Source: Novosphingobium sp. BL-A-41-H4 (GTDB taxonomy: Bacteria; Pseudomonadota; Alphaproteobacteria; Sphingomonadales; Sphingomonadaceae). From it: a stretch of DNA of 64,000 nucleotides. The stretch is taken from assembly GCA_051942645.1 (NCBI GenBank), contig JBPVJP010000001.1, forward strand, positions 1,054,812 to 1,118,811, in the 5' to 3' direction. The translations under genes and the position numbers were made by a program. Below are positions 18,751 to 30,108 of the stretch, in pieces. How positions within the stretch are numbered: the stretch's first letter is position 1; the number at the start of each line of letters is the position of its first letter. The notes beneath the pieces were generated by a model that was not told where the DNA came from, searched no databases, and saw only the letters and a program-made list of their open reading frames with translations.

Positions 18751-19809
18751 TCAGCCAAGCAGTTCCTGTTCGAGCTTCTTGGCCATTTCCTCGATATTCT
18801 CCGGCGGCCAGCCAGGGATGTCCATACCGAGGCGCAGGCCCATCGAGCTCAGGACTTCCTTGATCTCGTTGAGGCTCTTGCGGCCGAAGTTCGGCGTGCG
18901 GAGCATCTCGGCCTCGGTCTTCTGGACCAGGTCGCCGATGTAGATGATGTTGTCGTTCTTGAGGCAGTTGGCCGAACGGACCGACAGTTCCAGCTCGTCG
19001 ACCTTCTTGAGCAGGTAACGGTTGAGCTGGTTGGCATCGCTTTCCTCGACCGGCGCGGCCGCCAGGCCAATCATCGGCGAAGCGCCCATCGGCACCGCGT
19101 CTTCGAAGTGGACAAAGAGCGAGAGCTGGTCCTGCAGGATGCGCGCGGCATAGGCCACGGCATCTTCCGGGGTGACAGTGCCATCGGTTTCCACGGTCAG
19201 GCTCAGCTTGTCGTAGTCAAGCTCCTGGCCGATACGGGCGTTGTCGACCTTGTAGGAGACCTGACGGACCGGCGAGTAGAGGCTGTCAACCGGGATCAGG
19301 CCGATCGGCGCATCGACCGGACGGTTCGACACGGCCGGGACATAGCCCTTGCCGGTGTCCGCGGTCAGTTCCATGTTCAGCGTCGCGCCTTCGTCGAGAT
19401 GGCAGATCACCAGGTCCTTGTTCATGACCTCGATGTCGCCCGACACGGCAATGTCGCCAGCCTTCACTTCAGCCGGGCCGGTGGCCGACAGCTGGAGCCG
19501 CTTGGGGCCTTCGCCCTGCATGCGCAGCGCGATCTGCTTCACGTTCAGCACGATGTCGGTGACGTCCTCGCGCACGCCAGCCAGCGACGAGAATTCGTGG
19601 AGCACGTTCTCGATCTTGATCGAGGTAATCGCGGCGCCCTGCAGCGAAGACAGCAGCACGCGGCGCAGCGCGTTGCCCAGCGTCAGACCGAAGCCGCGCT
19701 CAAGCGGTTCGGCCACGAAGGTAGCGCGGCGCTTCGAGTCCGAGCCCGACTTCACTTCCAGCGCGTTGGGCTTCTTGAGTTCCTGCCAGTTCTTGATGTT
19801 GACAGTCAT
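18751..19809 (-). CDS. rpoA: DNA-directed RNA polymerase subunit alpha
   Basis: 352 aa. NTD ([17 protein letters not shown]) and CTD ([13 protein letters not shown]...IGDLV) are both present. Confidence 0.98.
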   Translation of the reverse strand: MTVNIKNWQELKKPNALEVKSGSDSKRRATFVAEPLERGFGLTLGNALRRVLLSSLQGAAITSIKIENVLHEFSSLAGVREDVTDIVLNVKQIALRMQGEGPKRLQLSATGPAEVKAGDIAVSGDIEVMNKDLVICHLDEGATLNMELTADTGKGYVPAVSNRPVDAPIGLIPVDSLYSPVRQVSYKVDNARIGQELDYDKLSLTVETDGTVTPEDAVAYAARILQDQLSLFVHFEDAVPMGASPMIGLAAAPVEESDANQLNRYLLKKVDELELSVRSANCLKNDNIIYIGDLVQKTEAEMLRTPNFGRKSLNEIKEVLSSMGLRLGMDIPGWPPENIEEMAKKLEQELLG

Positions 19810-19933
19810 GGAGGTCCCCTAATGGTTCTCTGGCCCGATGGCCTTGATTATGGCGGAAACGGCCGCTGCGCCTCTCAGCGCCGCGACCGACCCGGAACTG
19901 CGGCAGTGGGGCCCCACCACCGCGATAGCTCGA

Positions 19934-20323
19934 TCAGACGCGGCGACGCTTGGACGGCCGGACCCCGTTGTGCGGGATCGGCGTGACGTCGCGGATCGAG
20001 GTGATCGTGAAGCCAACGGCCTGCAGGGCACGCAGCGCGCTTTCGCGGCCCGAACCGGGACCCTTCACTTCGACTTCCAGGGTGCGGACGCCATGCTCGG
20101 CGGCCTTCTTGCCGGCGTCGTCCGCAGCCACCTGAGCGGCATAGGGGGTCGACTTGCGGCTGCCCTTGAAGCCCATCATGCCGGCGCTCGACCAGGAGAT
20201 CGCGTTGCCCTGGGCGTCGGTGATGGTGATCATGGTGTTATTGAAGCTGGCATTCACATGCGCGATGCCGCTGGTGATGTTCTTCCGCTCGCGGCGCTTG
20301 ATGCGCTGGGGTTCGCGTGCCAT
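19934..20323 (-). CDS. rpsK: 30S ribosomal protein S11
   Basis: [18 protein letters not shown]...[13 protein letters not shown]. Confidence 0.98.
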   Translation of the reverse strand: MAREPQRIKRRERKNITSGIAHVNASFNNTMITITDAQGNAISWSSAGMMGFKGSRKSTPYAAQVAADDAGKKAAEHGVRTLEVEVKGPGSGRESALRALQAVGFTITSIRDVTPIPHNGVRPSKRRRV

Positions 20324-20377
20324 TTTTCGTTCCTACTCGAATATCGGGAAGGGAAAGCCGGGGTCCTGGGGACCAGC

Positions 20378-20746
20378 TTACTTCTTCTTGCCGGCGATCG
20401 GCTTGGCCTTGCCCTTGCGGGTGCGGGCGTTGGTGTGCGTGCGCTGACCGCGAACCGGCAGCCCCTTGCGATGGCGCAGGCCGCGATAGCAGGCCAGGTC
20501 CATCAGGCGCTTGATGTTCATTGCGGTTTCGCGGCGAAGGTCACCTTCAACCGTGTGCTCGGCGTCGATGGTTTCGCGGATCTGCAGGACTTCCTGGTCA
20601 GACAGGTCCGAAACGCGGCGGGTAACATCGATACCCAGCTTGTCGACGATCTGACGGGCCTTGAACGGGCCGATACCGTGAATGTAGGTAAGCGCGATGA
20701 TCACGCGCTTGTTGGTGGGGATATTGACCCCGGCAATACGAGCCAC
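20378..20746 (-). CDS. rpsM: 30S ribosomal protein S13
   Basis: [26 protein letters not shown]... Confidence 0.98.
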   Translation of the reverse strand: MARIAGVNIPTNKRVIIALTYIHGIGPFKARQIVDKLGIDVTRRVSDLSDQEVLQIRETIDAEHTVEGDLRRETAMNIKRLMDLACYRGLRHRKGLPVRGQRTHTNARTRKGKAKPIAGKKK

Positions 20747-20942
20747 TTAATTCTCCATGCTCCACAGAAGGTGGCGGGTTGCCCCACGGCCTTCCATCTC
20801 AACGCTCCATCCATGAGAACGGCAAAAAGCCCGGTTGGCGCGCACAAAGGCCCTCGCCTTCCGGACTTGACGTCGATCACGGATGGACGGCGCGCTTAGG
20901 GCGATTCGCGGCTGCTGTCAACGCCGCTGATAACAACGGCCT

Positions 20943-21545
20943 TCAGGGCTGCGCCGCTGCTTGTGGTGCCGACTCCAGTGGAGCGAACTTCGCTGCAAGA
21001 CGCTTGACCTGCTCACCCAGAACGCCATCGACCAGCGGACCGACTTCGGCCGGCTTGCCTTGCCAGACGCCGCCGACGACATAGCGTAAGGTCAGGCGCG
21101 ATCCCTCGCCTTCGGGGCGGATCGCGATGGTCATGACGCCGGTCACAGCCTCGGCCTGGGGCGGCCCGAGCCCGCCGGTCATCCGCAGAATGCCGCGCTG
21201 CGGATCGGCATAGACGATATGCATATGCTCGACGCTGCCCATCCTTTGGCCTTCGGGTGCATCGGCCGGTCGCGGCAGTTTCTCGCAAAAGCAGCCGGTC
21301 GCCTGGGCATCGAGGTAGAGGTTGTCGGCATTGCCCGAATAGGTGTGATCCGACGACCACCACTGCGCCGGAGCGATGAGCACCTTCCATATTGCCGAAC
21401 GGTCGGCGGGAATGTCAGCGCTGTGGCTGATCACGAAACCGCCATCGGAAGATGCAATGACCTCGGCTCGCGCAGGACTTGTCAGTACTGCAGCGGCCAG
21501 CGTTGCGGCGGTGAGGATCGGTCGGGTGCGCATGCCTTCTCCCAA
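20943..21545 (-). CDS. SRPBCC (START/AHSA1-like) domain protein with signal peptide
   Basis: Begins MRTRPILTAATLAAAVLTSPARA, followed by ~170 aa with an AHSA1/polyketide-cyclase-like pattern (DRSAIWKVLIAPAQWW..., LTLRYVVGG). The family call is from pattern memory only. Confidence 0.5.
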   Translation of the reverse strand: MGEGMRTRPILTAATLAAAVLTSPARAEVIASSDGGFVISHSADIPADRSAIWKVLIAPAQWWSSDHTYSGNADNLYLDAQATGCFCEKLPRPADAPEGQRMGSVEHMHIVYADPQRGILRMTGGLGPPQAEAVTGVMTIAIRPEGEGSRLTLRYVVGGVWQGKPAEVGPLVDGVLGEQVKRLAAKFAPLESAPQAAAQP

Positions 21546-21552
21546 AGCAGGA

Positions 21553-22200
21553 TCAGGCAGCCATAATCCCTTCGATCGCCGCCGTCACCTCATCCATCGC
21601 CGCCATGCCATCGACCCGCGACACGATGCCGCGTGCATCATAGATCGGCAGGATCGGAGCGGTCTTCGCGCGGTATTCCGCCATGCGGGTCCGCACGGTT
21701 TCCTCGTTATCGTCGGGACGGCGCTTGAACTCGGTCGAACCGCACTTGTCGCAGACCCCGGCAACCTTCGGCTGCTCGTACTTGTCGTGATAGCCCTTGC
21801 CGCAATTGGCGCAGGTGAAGCGGCCGGTAATGCGCTCAACCAGGGCGTCTTCATCCACCGCCAACTCGATCACGCGATCAAGCGTGCGGCCGCGCCCGGC
21901 GAGGATCGCATCGAGCGATTCCGCCTGGGCCGCCGTGCGCGGATAGCCATCGAAGATCGCGCCTACTGCCGGCCCCATCGCATCGAGTTCTTCACCGATC
22001 AACGCCGAGACAATTTCGTCCGAAACCAGCTCGCCCCGCTCCATCACCGCCTTGGCCTCCAGACCGACCGGCGTGCCGGCCTTGACCGCAGCGCGCAACA
22101 TATCGCCGGTGGAGAGCTGGCGCATGCCATGCCGTTCCACCAATCGCTGGGCCTGAGTGCCCTTGCCCGCGCCCGGAGGGCCAAGAAGGATGATGTTCAC
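21553..22200 (-). CDS. adk: adenylate kinase (long form with Cys4 lid)
   Basis: P-loop ILLGPPGAGKGTQ. Lid is CANCGKGYH...CDKCG. Confidence 0.97.
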   Translation of the reverse strand: MNIILLGPPGAGKGTQAQRLVERHGMRQLSTGDMLRAAVKAGTPVGLEAKAVMERGELVSDEIVSALIGEELDAMGPAVGAIFDGYPRTAAQAESLDAILAGRGRTLDRVIELAVDEDALVERITGRFTCANCGKGYHDKYEQPKVAGVCDKCGSTEFKRRPDDNEETVRTRMAEYRAKTAPILPIYDARGIVSRVDGMAAMDEVTAAIEGIMAA

Positions 22201-22221
22201 GCGATACCCCCGAATCTGCGG

Positions 22222-23589
22222 TTAGCGGATGCGCCCTTTGAGCTTGGCCTTCTTGATCAGGTCACCATACTGGTGAGCCAGCAGATGCGACTGGATCTGC
22301 GTAATCGTATCGACGGTCACGTTGACCACGATCAGCAGGCTGGTGCCCCCCAGGAACATCATGTTGAGCCCGGTCGTGCCGATCCACCATTCGGGGATCA
22401 CGCAAACCACGGTGATATAGAGAGCACCGATCACAGTGATGCGCGTCAGCACATAATCAAGATAGGTCGCCGTGCTCTTGCCCGGGCGGATGCCGGGGAT
22501 GAACCCGCCATTGCGCTTCAGGTTGTCGGCAGTCTCTTCCGGATTGAACACCACGGCGGTGTAGAAGAAGCAGAAGAAGACAATGCCGATCGCATAGAGC
22601 GTCATGTAAAGCGGCTGACCATGCGCGAGATACTGGTTAAGCGTCACGATCGCACTGCCCAGCGGCGTGTCCGGCGAGATTGAATTGCCGGCGAACTGGC
22701 TGATCGTCAGCGGCAGCAGCAGTAGCGAGCTGGCGAAGATCGGCGGGATCACGCCGGCGGTGTTGATCTTCAGCGGCAGGTGGCTGCGATCGGCCTGCAT
22801 CATGCCGTGCTGGCTTGCCCGCTTGGGATACTGGATCAGCAGCCGCCGGGTAGCGCGCTCCATGAAGCAAATGAACAGGACCAGCACGATCAGAACGGTT
22901 ACGGCCAGGGCAATGGTGAAGCCGCTGATCGAACCGCTGCGCCCGCCTTCGAACAGCTGGGTCACGAACCGCGGCATCTGCGCCACGATCCCGGCCATAA
23001 TGATCAGTGAGGTGCCGTTGCCAATGCCGCGGCTGGTGATCTGTTCACCCAGCCAGAGCAGGAACATGGTGCCGCCAATCATGCTGACCACCGCGCCGAC
23101 CTTGAACATCAGCCCCGGATTGACCACCGCCTGCAAACCGCTCGAAGCGCCATAGGCCTCAAGGCCCGAGGCCACGAACCACCCCTGGATCGCCGTAAGC
23201 AATACCGTGCCATAGCGGGTATACTGGTTGAGCTTCTTGCGACCGCTTTCACCTTCCTTTTTCAGCGCCATCAGCGAGGGATGGAGCGAAGCAGCCAGCT
23301 GCACCACGATCGAAGCCGTGATGTAAGGCATGATGCCAAGCGCGATGAGGCTCATGCGCTCAAGGCTGCCGCCCGAGAAGGTGTTGAAGATATCGAGGAT
23401 GCCGCCGCGGGTCTGGGCATAGAGCTGCTCAAGCACCAGCGGATTGACTCCGGGTAGCGGCACGAAGCTCAGGAAGCGGAAGACGATCAGGGCACCGAGG
23501 GTGAACCAGATGCGGTTCTTCAGCTCGGTCGCCTTGGAGAAGTTCGCGAGATTGAGATTGCTCGCAACGTTATCGGCACGTGAAGCCAT
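22222..23589 (-). CDS. secY: preprotein translocase subunit SecY
   Basis: 455 aa, 10-TM pattern, in the conserved position in the spc operon. C-terminal region reads LLAHQYGDLIKKAKLKGRIR. Confidence 0.98.
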   Translation of the reverse strand: MASRADNVASNLNLANFSKATELKNRIWFTLGALIVFRFLSFVPLPGVNPLVLEQLYAQTRGGILDIFNTFSGGSLERMSLIALGIMPYITASIVVQLAASLHPSLMALKKEGESGRKKLNQYTRYGTVLLTAIQGWFVASGLEAYGASSGLQAVVNPGLMFKVGAVVSMIGGTMFLLWLGEQITSRGIGNGTSLIIMAGIVAQMPRFVTQLFEGGRSGSISGFTIALAVTVLIVLVLFICFMERATRRLLIQYPKRASQHGMMQADRSHLPLKINTAGVIPPIFASSLLLLPLTISQFAGNSISPDTPLGSAIVTLNQYLAHGQPLYMTLYAIGIVFFCFFYTAVVFNPEETADNLKRNGGFIPGIRPGKSTATYLDYVLTRITVIGALYITVVCVIPEWWIGTTGLNMMFLGGTSLLIVVNVTVDTITQIQSHLLAHQYGDLIKKAKLKGRIR

Positions 23590-23664
23590 GGATCAAACAA
23601 GCCTTGCTTGGATGCCAGCCACCTGGCCGGCCATCCCCCTCTATCGGATCACGTCCATATAGTG

Positions 23665-23697
23665 CGCGGGGCGGGATGCAATAACCCCCGCCCCGCG
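23665..23697 (-). other. Perfect 11-bp GC stem-loop between rplO and secY
   Basis: CGCGGGGCGGG (23665-23675) pairs with CCCGCCCCGCG (23687-23697), with an 11-nt loop. No U-tract on the transcribed strand. Confidence 0.45.
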
Positions 23698-23710
23698 ACA
23701 ATTGGGGATT

Positions 23711-24190
23711 TTATTCGGCCGCAGCAACCTTGGCGGCGATCACCTCGACCGAACCGCCAGCCTTTTCGACCGCCGCAACCGCGCCCTTCGAGGCACCGGC
23801 AACGGCAAACTTCGCCTTGGCGCTGAACTCACCCTTGGCCAGCAGACGCACGCCATCCTTGCCGCCACGAGCCAGGCCAGCAGCCTTCAGGGCAGCGTGA
23901 TCGATCACGGCCTTGGCATCCAGCTTGCCCGCGTCGATGAACTTCTGGACCAGGCCCAGGTTCACTTCGGCATAGTCCTTGGCGAAGATGTTGTTGAAGC
24001 CGCGCTTCGGGATCCGCATGTGCAGCGGCATCTGGCCGCCTTCGAAGCCGTTCACCGAGACGCCCGAGCGAGCCTTGGCACCCTTCTGGCCGCGACCAGC
24101 AGTCTTGCCCTTGCCCGAACCGATGCCACGGCCGACGCGCATGCGACCCTTGCGGGCGCCCTTGTTGTCAGAGATTTCGTTGAGTTTCAT
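23711..24190 (-). CDS. rplO: 50S ribosomal protein L15
   Basis: [37 protein letters not shown]... Confidence 0.98.
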   Translation of the reverse strand: MKLNEISDNKGARKGRMRVGRGIGSGKGKTAGRGQKGAKARSGVSVNGFEGGQMPLHMRIPKRGFNNIFAKDYAEVNLGLVQKFIDAGKLDAKAVIDHAALKAAGLARGGKDGVRLLAKGEFSAKAKFAVAGASKGAVAAVEKAGGSVEVIAAKVAAAE

Positions 24191-24261
24191 GTCGTTGCAC
24201 TCGCTTTCGCTTTAGTCGCGCTGAAAGGAAGGCCCGGCACTAAGGTCGGGCCCGTATCTGG

Positions 24262-24438
24262 TCAATCGACCACTGCCACCATGTGCGGCAGCTTGGCGAT
24301 CGCGCCGCGCACTTCCGGGGTGTCTTCCACCTCGACCACGCGGTGCATCTTGCCCAGGCCCAGGCCGACCAGAATCTTCTTCTGGCTTTCCGGGCGACGG
24401 ATCGGCGAGCCGATCTGCTTGATCTTGATCTTGGCCAT
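24262..24438 (-). CDS. rpmD: 50S ribosomal protein L30
   Basis: Hand-translated; under 60 aa, so absent from the ORF track. Sequence: [61 protein letters not shown] at 24438, TGA at 24264-24262. Confidence 0.93.
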   Translation of the reverse strand: MAKIKIKQIGSPIRRPESQKKILVGLGLGKMHRVVEVEDTPEVRGAIAKLPHMVAVVD

Positions 24439-24444
24439 CTTGGC

Positions 24445-25167
24445 TTACTCCGTGATCGCGGCAGCTTCGGCTTCCGCCTCGGCTGCGCTGGCACCGCCAC
24501 GACCCAGCAGGTCGGCAACCTTCTTGCCACGACGCTGGGCGACCGACTTCGGCGAAGTCTGGTTGACCAGCGCGTCGAAGGTGGCGCGGATCATGTTGTA
24601 GGGGTTCGAGGTGCCGACCGACTTGGTCACCACGTCGGCCACGCCCAGGCTTTCGAACACGGCGCGCATCGGACCACCGGCGATGATGCCGGTCCCGGCC
24701 GGAGCCGAACGGACATTGACCTTGCCGGCGCCAAAGCGGCCCTTGCCGTCATGGTGCAGGGTCCGGCCTTCCTTGAGCGGAACGCGAACCATCTTCTTCT
24801 TGGCCGAAGCAGTCGCCTTGGTGATCGCTTCCGGCACTTCGCGGGCCTTGCCATGGCCAAAGCCGACGCGGCCCTTGCCATCGCCAACCACGACCAGCGC
24901 GGCGAACCCGAAGCGCTTGCCGCCCTTCACGGTCTTCGAGACGCGGTTGATGTGCACGAGCTTCTCGATCAGCTCCTCGCCACCGTCCTCGTCACCGCCA
25001 CGACCGCGACGATCATCACGGCCACGACCGCGACCGCCCCGGTCACCGCCGCGATCGTTGCCACCACGCCCACGGCCACGACCGCGGCCTTCGCGCTGCT
25101 CGCCACCTTCGGTGGGCACTGCCTCGACAGCGACGCCTTCGGCTTCAATGTTGGTTTCGTCAGCCAT
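24445..25167 (-). CDS. rpsE: 30S ribosomal protein S5 with RG-rich N-terminal extension
   Basis: Conserved core [32 protein letters not shown]... Starts at MADETN (ATG 25167). About 70 aa of acidic plus RG/RGG repeats precede the core. Confidence 0.95.
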   Translation of the reverse strand: MADETNIEAEGVAVEAVPTEGGEQREGRGRGRGRGGNDRGGDRGGRGRGRDDRRGRGGDEDGGEELIEKLVHINRVSKTVKGGKRFGFAALVVVGDGKGRVGFGHGKAREVPEAITKATASAKKKMVRVPLKEGRTLHHDGKGRFGAGKVNVRSAPAGTGIIAGGPMRAVFESLGVADVVTKSVGTSNPYNMIRATFDALVNQTSPKSVAQRRGKKVADLLGRGGASAAEAEAEAAAITE

Positions 25168-25168
25168 C

Positions 25169-25510
25169 TTAGAACTCCAGCCCGCCTTCACGCGCGGCAT
25201 CAGCCAGCGCCTTGACGCGGCCATGGAAGAGGTACCCGCCGCGATCGAACACGACGGAGGTCACGCCAGCCTTCTTGGCGGCTTCGGCCAGGGTCGCGCC
25301 AACCTTGGCAGCGGCGTCGACGTTGGAGCCACCCTTGCTGCCCAGGGTCGAAGCAGCGGCCAGCGTACGGCCGGCGGCATCGTCGATGATCTGAGCATAG
25401 ATGTGGCGGCCCGAACGGTGCACCGACAGCCGCGGACGGCCACCGGCACGCGCCTTGAGCGCGGTGCGAACGCGCCGGCGACGGCGCTCGAAGAGAGAGA
25501 TCTTGGCCAT
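25169..25510 (-). CDS. rplR: 50S ribosomal protein L18
   Basis: [35 protein letters not shown]... Confidence 0.97.
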   Translation of the reverse strand: MAKISLFERRRRRVRTALKARAGGRPRLSVHRSGRHIYAQIIDDAAGRTLAAASTLGSKGGSNVDAAAKVGATLAEAAKKAGVTSVVFDRGGYLFHGRVKALADAAREGGLEF

Positions 25511-26046
25511 TACTTCTTCTTCCCTTCCTTGCGGAAGATGAACTCGCCGCGGTACTTGATGCCCTTGCCCTTGTAGGGTTCAGGCTTGCGCCAGCGACGG
25601 ATCTCGGCCGCAACCTGGCCGACCTTCTGCTTGTCGATCCCGGAGATCTCCACCGTGGTGTTGTCCGGGGTCTTCACTTCGATGCCTTCCGGCACGTCGA
25701 AATCGACATCGTGGCTGTAGCCCAGCTGGAGCTTCAGCTTGCGCGGACCCTGGGCATTGGCGCGATAGCCCACACCGGTGATCTCGAGGACCTTGGTGTA
25801 GCCCTGGGTCACACCGGTGACCAGGTTATCGACCAGCGTGCGCTGCATGCCCCAGAAGGCACGCGCCTGCTTGCTGTCGTTGCCCGGCCGCACGACGATG
25901 GCGTCGCCATCGACCGTGTAGCTGATCTCGTCGCGCAGGGTCAGCGTCAGGGTGCCCTTCGGGCCCTTGACGGTGAGGGTGCCGTTCGCGATTTCGGCGG
26001 TAACGCCGCTCGGAATGGCAACCGGCTTCTTGCCGATGCGGCTCAT
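25510..26046 (-). CDS. rplF: 50S ribosomal protein L6
   Basis: [19 protein letters not shown]...GPKG... Confidence 0.98.
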   Translation of the reverse strand: MSRIGKKPVAIPSGVTAEIANGTLTVKGPKGTLTLTLRDEISYTVDGDAIVVRPGNDSKQARAFWGMQRTLVDNLVTGVTQGYTKVLEITGVGYRANAQGPRKLKLQLGYSHDVDFDVPEGIEVKTPDNTTVEISGIDKQKVGQVAAEIRRWRKPEPYKGKGIKYRGEFIFRKEGKKK

Positions 26047-26441
26047 CAGAACACCTCCGCCAGCACTTCGCCACCGACGTTGGCAGCGCGCGCTTCGGCA
26101 TCCGAAAGCACGCCCTTCGGCGTCGAGACGATGGTGATGCCCAGGCCATTGCGGACCACCGGGAGTTCCTTCGAACCCGAGTAGACCCGGCGGCCAGGCT
26201 TGGAGACGCGGGCCACGTGCTTGATCGCGGGCTCGCCTTCGAAATACTTCAGCTCGATGCGCAGCTGCGGGTGGGCGCCGGTGGCGTCCTCGCTGAAGCC
26301 ACGGATGTAGCCTTCGCGCTGCAGCACTTCGAGCACGTTGGCGCGAAGCTTCGAGGCCGGGGACAGGACAGAGTCCTTCTTGGCCCGCTGGCCGTTGCGG
26401 ATGCGGGTGAGCATATCACCCAGGGGATCGGTCAGTGCCAT
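26046..26441 (-). CDS. rpsH: 30S ribosomal protein S8
   Basis: [18 protein letters not shown]... Confidence 0.98.
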   Translation of the reverse strand: MALTDPLGDMLTRIRNGQRAKKDSVLSPASKLRANVLEVLQREGYIRGFSEDATGAHPQLRIELKYFEGEPAIKHVARVSKPGRRVYSGSKELPVVRNGLGITIVSTPKGVLSDAEARAANVGGEVLAEVF

Positions 26442-26450
26442 CGCTCTTCC

Positions 26451-26756
26451 TTACCAGCTCGACTTCGTCACGCCCGGGATCATGCCCTTGTTGGCAAGAT
26501 CACGCAGCTCAACGCGGCAAAGGCCGAACTTGCGATAGTAGCCGCGCGGGCGGCCGGTGGTGGCGCAGCGGTTGCGGACCCGGGTCGGGTTCGCATTGCG
26601 CGGGATTTCGGCCAGCTTCAAGCGCGCGATGAGACGTTCAGTCTCATCAAGCGACTTGTCATCAGCCTGCGCCTTGAGCGCGGCATACTTGGCCGCGTAC
26701 TTCTTGACGAGCTTCTTACGACGCTCGTTCTTGTTCACGGAACTCAGTTTCGCCAT
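26451..26756 (-). CDS. rpsN: 30S ribosomal protein S14 (long form)
   Basis: [20 protein letters not shown]...[23 protein letters not shown]. Confidence 0.97.
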   Translation of the reverse strand: MAKLSSVNKNERRKKLVKKYAAKYAALKAQADDKSLDETERLIARLKLAEIPRNANPTRVRNRCATTGRPRGYYRKFGLCRVELRDLANKGMIPGVTKSSW

Positions 26757-26779
26757 GGACTTAAGCTCTCTTCTCTAAC

Positions 26780-27358
26780 TCAGGCCGCCTGGGCGGTTTC
26801 GGCTTCAGCCGGGAACGGGAAACCGAAGAGACGCAGCAGTTCGCGCGCTTCCTCGTCGGTCTTGGCGGTGGTGGTAACGATGATGTCCATCCCGCGCACC
26901 TTCTCGATCTGGTCGTAGCTGATCTCCGGGAAGATGATCTGCTCCTTCAGGCCCATGGCGTAGTTGCCACGGCCATCGAACGACTTGGCGTTCAGACCAC
27001 GGAAGTCGCGGATACGGGGCATCGCCACGGTGATCAGGCGGTCGAGGAATTCGTACATCCGCTCGCGGCGCAGGGTAACCTTGCAACCGATCGGCATGCC
27101 TTCACGCAGCTTGAACTGCGCGATCGACTTCTTCGCCTTGGTGATCACCGGCTTCTGGCCGGAAATCAGTTCCATTTCCGCCGCGGCGGTCTGGACCTTC
27201 TTCTTGTCCTGGCTGCCCTCGCCCACGCCCATGTTGAGCGTGATCTTCTCGATCTTGGGCACTTCCATGACGTTCTTGTAACCGAACTTTTCGGTCATCG
27301 CCTTGGCGATCTGCTCGTCGTACTTCTTGCGAAGACGGGGCACGTACTTGTCAGCCAT
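26780..27358 (-). CDS. rplE: 50S ribosomal protein L5
   Basis: [11 protein letters not shown]...[19 protein letters not shown]... Confidence 0.98.
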   Translation of the reverse strand: MADKYVPRLRKKYDEQIAKAMTEKFGYKNVMEVPKIEKITLNMGVGEGSQDKKKVQTAAAEMELISGQKPVITKAKKSIAQFKLREGMPIGCKVTLRRERMYEFLDRLITVAMPRIRDFRGLNAKSFDGRGNYAMGLKEQIIFPEISYDQIEKVRGMDIIVTTTAKTDEEARELLRLFGFPFPAEAETAQAA

Positions 27359-27671
27359 CGATGGTCTCCCCGGACTTCACGGCCACGCGGACCTTCTTGC
27401 CGTCCTTCTCTTCGAACCGGACGCGGGTCGCCTTGCCGGTCTTGGGATCGGCCAGGCCAACCTTGGCAATCGCCATCGGCGCTTCGCGGCGCTCGATCCC
27501 GCCCTGCGGGTTGAGCTGGGTCGGCTTGCGATGACGCACGGCGACGTTCACGCCCTGAACCACGACCTTGCCTTCCTTCGGCATGACCTGGAGGACGGTG
27601 CCGGTACGGCCCTTGTCCTTGCCCGAGCGGACGACGACGTTGTCACCCTTCTTGATCTTGGCGGCGGACAT
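27351..27671 (-). CDS. rplX: 50S ribosomal protein L24
   Basis: [25 protein letters not shown]... Confidence 0.97.
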   Translation of the reverse strand: MSAAKIKKGDNVVVRSGKDKGRTGTVLQVMPKEGKVVVQGVNVAVRHRKPTQLNPQGGIERREAPMAIAKVGLADPKTGKATRVRFEEKDGKKVRVAVKSGETIDG

Positions 27672-28039
27672 TACAGCACCTCCGGCGCGAGCGAGATGAT
27701 CTTCATGTAACCCTTGCCGCGCAGTTCACGCACGACCGGGCCGAAGATGCGGGTGCCGATCGGCTCCGCATTCTTGTTGATCAGCACGGCAGCATTGCTG
27801 TCGAAACGGATCACGCTGCCGTCAGCACGGCGAACGTCCTTGCGGGTGCGAACGATGACGGCGCGGTGCACGTCACCCTTCTTCACCTTGGTGCGGGGCT
27901 GGGCTTCCTTGACCGACACCACGATGATGTCGCCCACGCCGGCGGTCCGGCGCTTCGAGCCGCCCAGCACCTTGATGCACTGGACGCGCTTCGCGCCGCT
28001 GTTGTCAGCGACGTCGAGGTTTGATTGCATCTGGATCAT
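27671..28039 (-). CDS. rplN: 50S ribosomal protein L14
   Basis: [28 protein letters not shown]... Confidence 0.98.
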   Translation of the reverse strand: MIQMQSNLDVADNSGAKRVQCIKVLGGSKRRTAGVGDIIVVSVKEAQPRTKVKKGDVHRAVIVRTRKDVRRADGSVIRFDSNAAVLINKNAEPIGTRIFGPVVRELRGKGYMKIISLAPEVL

Positions 28040-28099
28040 AGATCCGGTTCCTTCTCACTGGCTTGCCGGAACCAGTCCGGCAGTTCCAAATTGGGTGAC

Positions 28100-28369
28100 T
28101 TAGACGTCGGCTTCGACCGCGGCGGTCTTGCCGGCCTGGACCCGCTCGATGACCTTCCAGGTCTTGAGCTTCGAAATCGGCGCAGTCTCTTCGATCCGCA
28201 CGGTTTCGCCGGTCTTGAAGGCGTTGTCTTCGTCGTGGGCGTGATACTTCTTCGAGCGGCGGATGATCTTCCCGTACAGCGGGTGCTTCACCTTGCGCTC
28301 GACCTTCACGACCACGGTCTTGTCGGTCTTGTCGGATACGACGGTCCCGATCAGGATACGCTTGGGCAT
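28100..28369 (-). CDS. rpsQ: 30S ribosomal protein S17
   Basis: [33 protein letters not shown]... Confidence 0.97.
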   Translation of the reverse strand: MPKRILIGTVVSDKTDKTVVVKVERKVKHPLYGKIIRRSKKYHAHDEDNAFKTGETVRIEETAPISKLKTWKVIERVQAGKTAAVEADV

Positions 28370-28379
28370 CGTCGGCTCC

Positions 28380-28583
28380 TTACTTCGCGGTGCGGGCGCG
28401 CTCGCCCTGCAACGTCTTGATGCGGGCGATATCGCGGCGCACTTCCTTGATGCGCGCCGGACGTTCCAGCTGGTTGGTCGCCGCCTGGAAGCGCAGGTTG
28501 AACGCTTCCCGCTTCAGATCGGCCAGATCAGCGGTCAGCTGATCGTCGGTCTTGGCGCGCAGGTTATCCACCTTGGCCATCAT
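28380..28583 (-). CDS. rpmC: 50S ribosomal protein L29
   Basis: [33 protein letters not shown]... Confidence 0.95.
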   Translation of the reverse strand: MMAKVDNLRAKTDDQLTADLADLKREAFNLRFQAATNQLERPARIKEVRRDIARIKTLQGERARTAK

Positions 28584-29014
28584 TCACCTCCGAGGTGCGA
28601 GGTGTCACCCAGGCGGGCGACAACCTTGGTCTTGATCGGCAGCTTCATCGCCGCACGGCTGAAGGCTTCAGCGGCCAGCGGACCGGCCACGCCATCGAGC
28701 TCGAACAGGATGCGGCCCGGCTTCACGCGAGCAGCCCAGTATTCCACCGAACCCTTGCCCTTACCCTGACGGACTTCAGCAGGCTTCTTCGAAACCGGCA
28801 CGTCCGGGAAGACGCGGATCCACAGACGCCCCTGGCGCTTGATGTGGCGCGTGATCGCACGGCGAGCCGCCTCGATCTGGCGGGCGGTGATCCGCTCCGG
28901 CTCCATCGCCTTCAGGCCATAGGAGCCGAAGTTCAGATCGGTGCCACCCTTGGCGTCACCCTTGATCCGGCCCTTGAAGGCCTTGCGGAACTTGGTTTTC
29001 TTAGGTTGCAGCAT
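28580..29014 (-). CDS. rplP: 50S ribosomal protein L16
   Basis: [19 protein letters not shown]... Confidence 0.98.
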   Translation of the reverse strand: MLQPKKTKFRKAFKGRIKGDAKGGTDLNFGSYGLKAMEPERITARQIEAARRAITRHIKRQGRLWIRVFPDVPVSKKPAEVRQGKGKGSVEYWAARVKPGRILFELDGVAGPLAAEAFSRAAMKLPIKTKVVARLGDTSHLGGE

Positions 29015-29017
29015 GAC

Positions 29018-29728
29018 TTAGTTCCTGCGGTCATCGCGCGCCGGGCGCACGCCGGAGGTCTGAGCCTCCATCATCAGGCGGTCCTGGGCCATCGGATCGT
29101 GACCGAGGATCTCGCCCTTGAAGATCCAGCACTTGATGCCGATGATCCCATAGGCGGTCAGCGCTTCGGCTTCGGCATAGTCGATGTTGGCACGCAGCGT
29201 GTGCAGCGGCACGCGGCCTTCACGGTACCATTCGACGCGGGCGATTTCCGCCCCGCCGAGACGGCCCGAGCAGGTGATCTTAATGCCTTCGGCGCCCAGA
29301 CGGAGAGCCGACTGCACAGCGCGCTTCATCGCCCGGCGGAACGCCACGCGGCGCACCAGCTGGTCGGCAATGCCCTGGGCGACGAGCTTCGCATCGATTT
29401 CCGGCTTGCGGATTTCGACGATGTTCAGCTTCACGTCGCTCGAGGTCATCGCGGCGAGCTGCGAACGCAGCTTCTCGATGTCGGCGCCCTTCTTGCCGAT
29501 GATGACGCCCGGACGAGCGGCATAGATCGACACGCGGCACAGCTTGGCCGGGCGCTCGATGACCACCTTGGAGATCGCGGCCTGGGGCAGCGTTTCCATG
29601 ATGAACTTACGCATCTTGAGGTCTTCCTCAAGCATCTGCGCATAGTTCTTGCCCTCGGCGTACCAGCGGCTGTCCCAGGTGCGGTTGATCTGCAGACGCA
29701 GGCCGATCGGGTTGCTCTTGTGACCCAT
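29018..29728 (-). CDS. rpsC: 30S ribosomal protein S3
   Basis: [24 protein letters not shown]... Confidence 0.98.
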   Translation of the reverse strand: MGHKSNPIGLRLQINRTWDSRWYAEGKNYAQMLEEDLKMRKFIMETLPQAAISKVVIERPAKLCRVSIYAARPGVIIGKKGADIEKLRSQLAAMTSSDVKLNIVEIRKPEIDAKLVAQGIADQLVRRVAFRRAMKRAVQSALRLGAEGIKITCSGRLGGAEIARVEWYREGRVPLHTLRANIDYAEAEALTAYGIIGIKCWIFKGEILGHDPMAQDRLMMEAQTSGVRPARDDRRN

Positions 29729-29730
29729 GA

Positions 29731-30108
29731 TCAGGCCTCCTCAACTTCACGGACCACGATCCGCAGCCGCGAGAACGGCTTGAGGATGCGGGTCGACTTG
29801 CCACGGCCACGAGTGTGGAACCGCTTCATGGTGACCGACTTGCCAACCGAAGCTTCAGCCACCACCAGCGCGTCAACGTCGAGGTTGTGGTTGTTTTCCG
29901 CATTGGCGATCGCCGAGGCGAGCACCTTGCGGGCATCGACAGCCATCGCCTTCTTCGAGAAGGCGAGGATGTTCATGGCTTCTTCGGCCTTCTTGCCACG
30001 GATCAGCGCGGCGACCAGGTTGAGCTTCTGGGCCGAACCACGGATGGTGGTGCCGACCGACAGCGCTTCCTTGTCGCCAACGCGGCGCGGAGCTGCTTGC
30101 TTGCCCAT
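29731..30108 (-). CDS. rplV: 50S ribosomal protein L22
   Basis: [28 protein letters not shown]... Confidence 0.97.
   Translation of the reverse strand: MGKQAAPRRVGDKEALSVGTTIRGSAQKLNLVAALIRGKKAEEAMNILAFSKKAMAVDARKVLASAIANAENNHNLDVDALVVAEASVGKSVTMKRFHTRGRGKSTRILKPFSRLRIVVREVEEA

Noticed and set aside
24240-24530. A 96-aa ORF between rplO and rpsE.
   Set aside because: Wrong frame. The real gene here is the 58-aa L30 (24262-24438).
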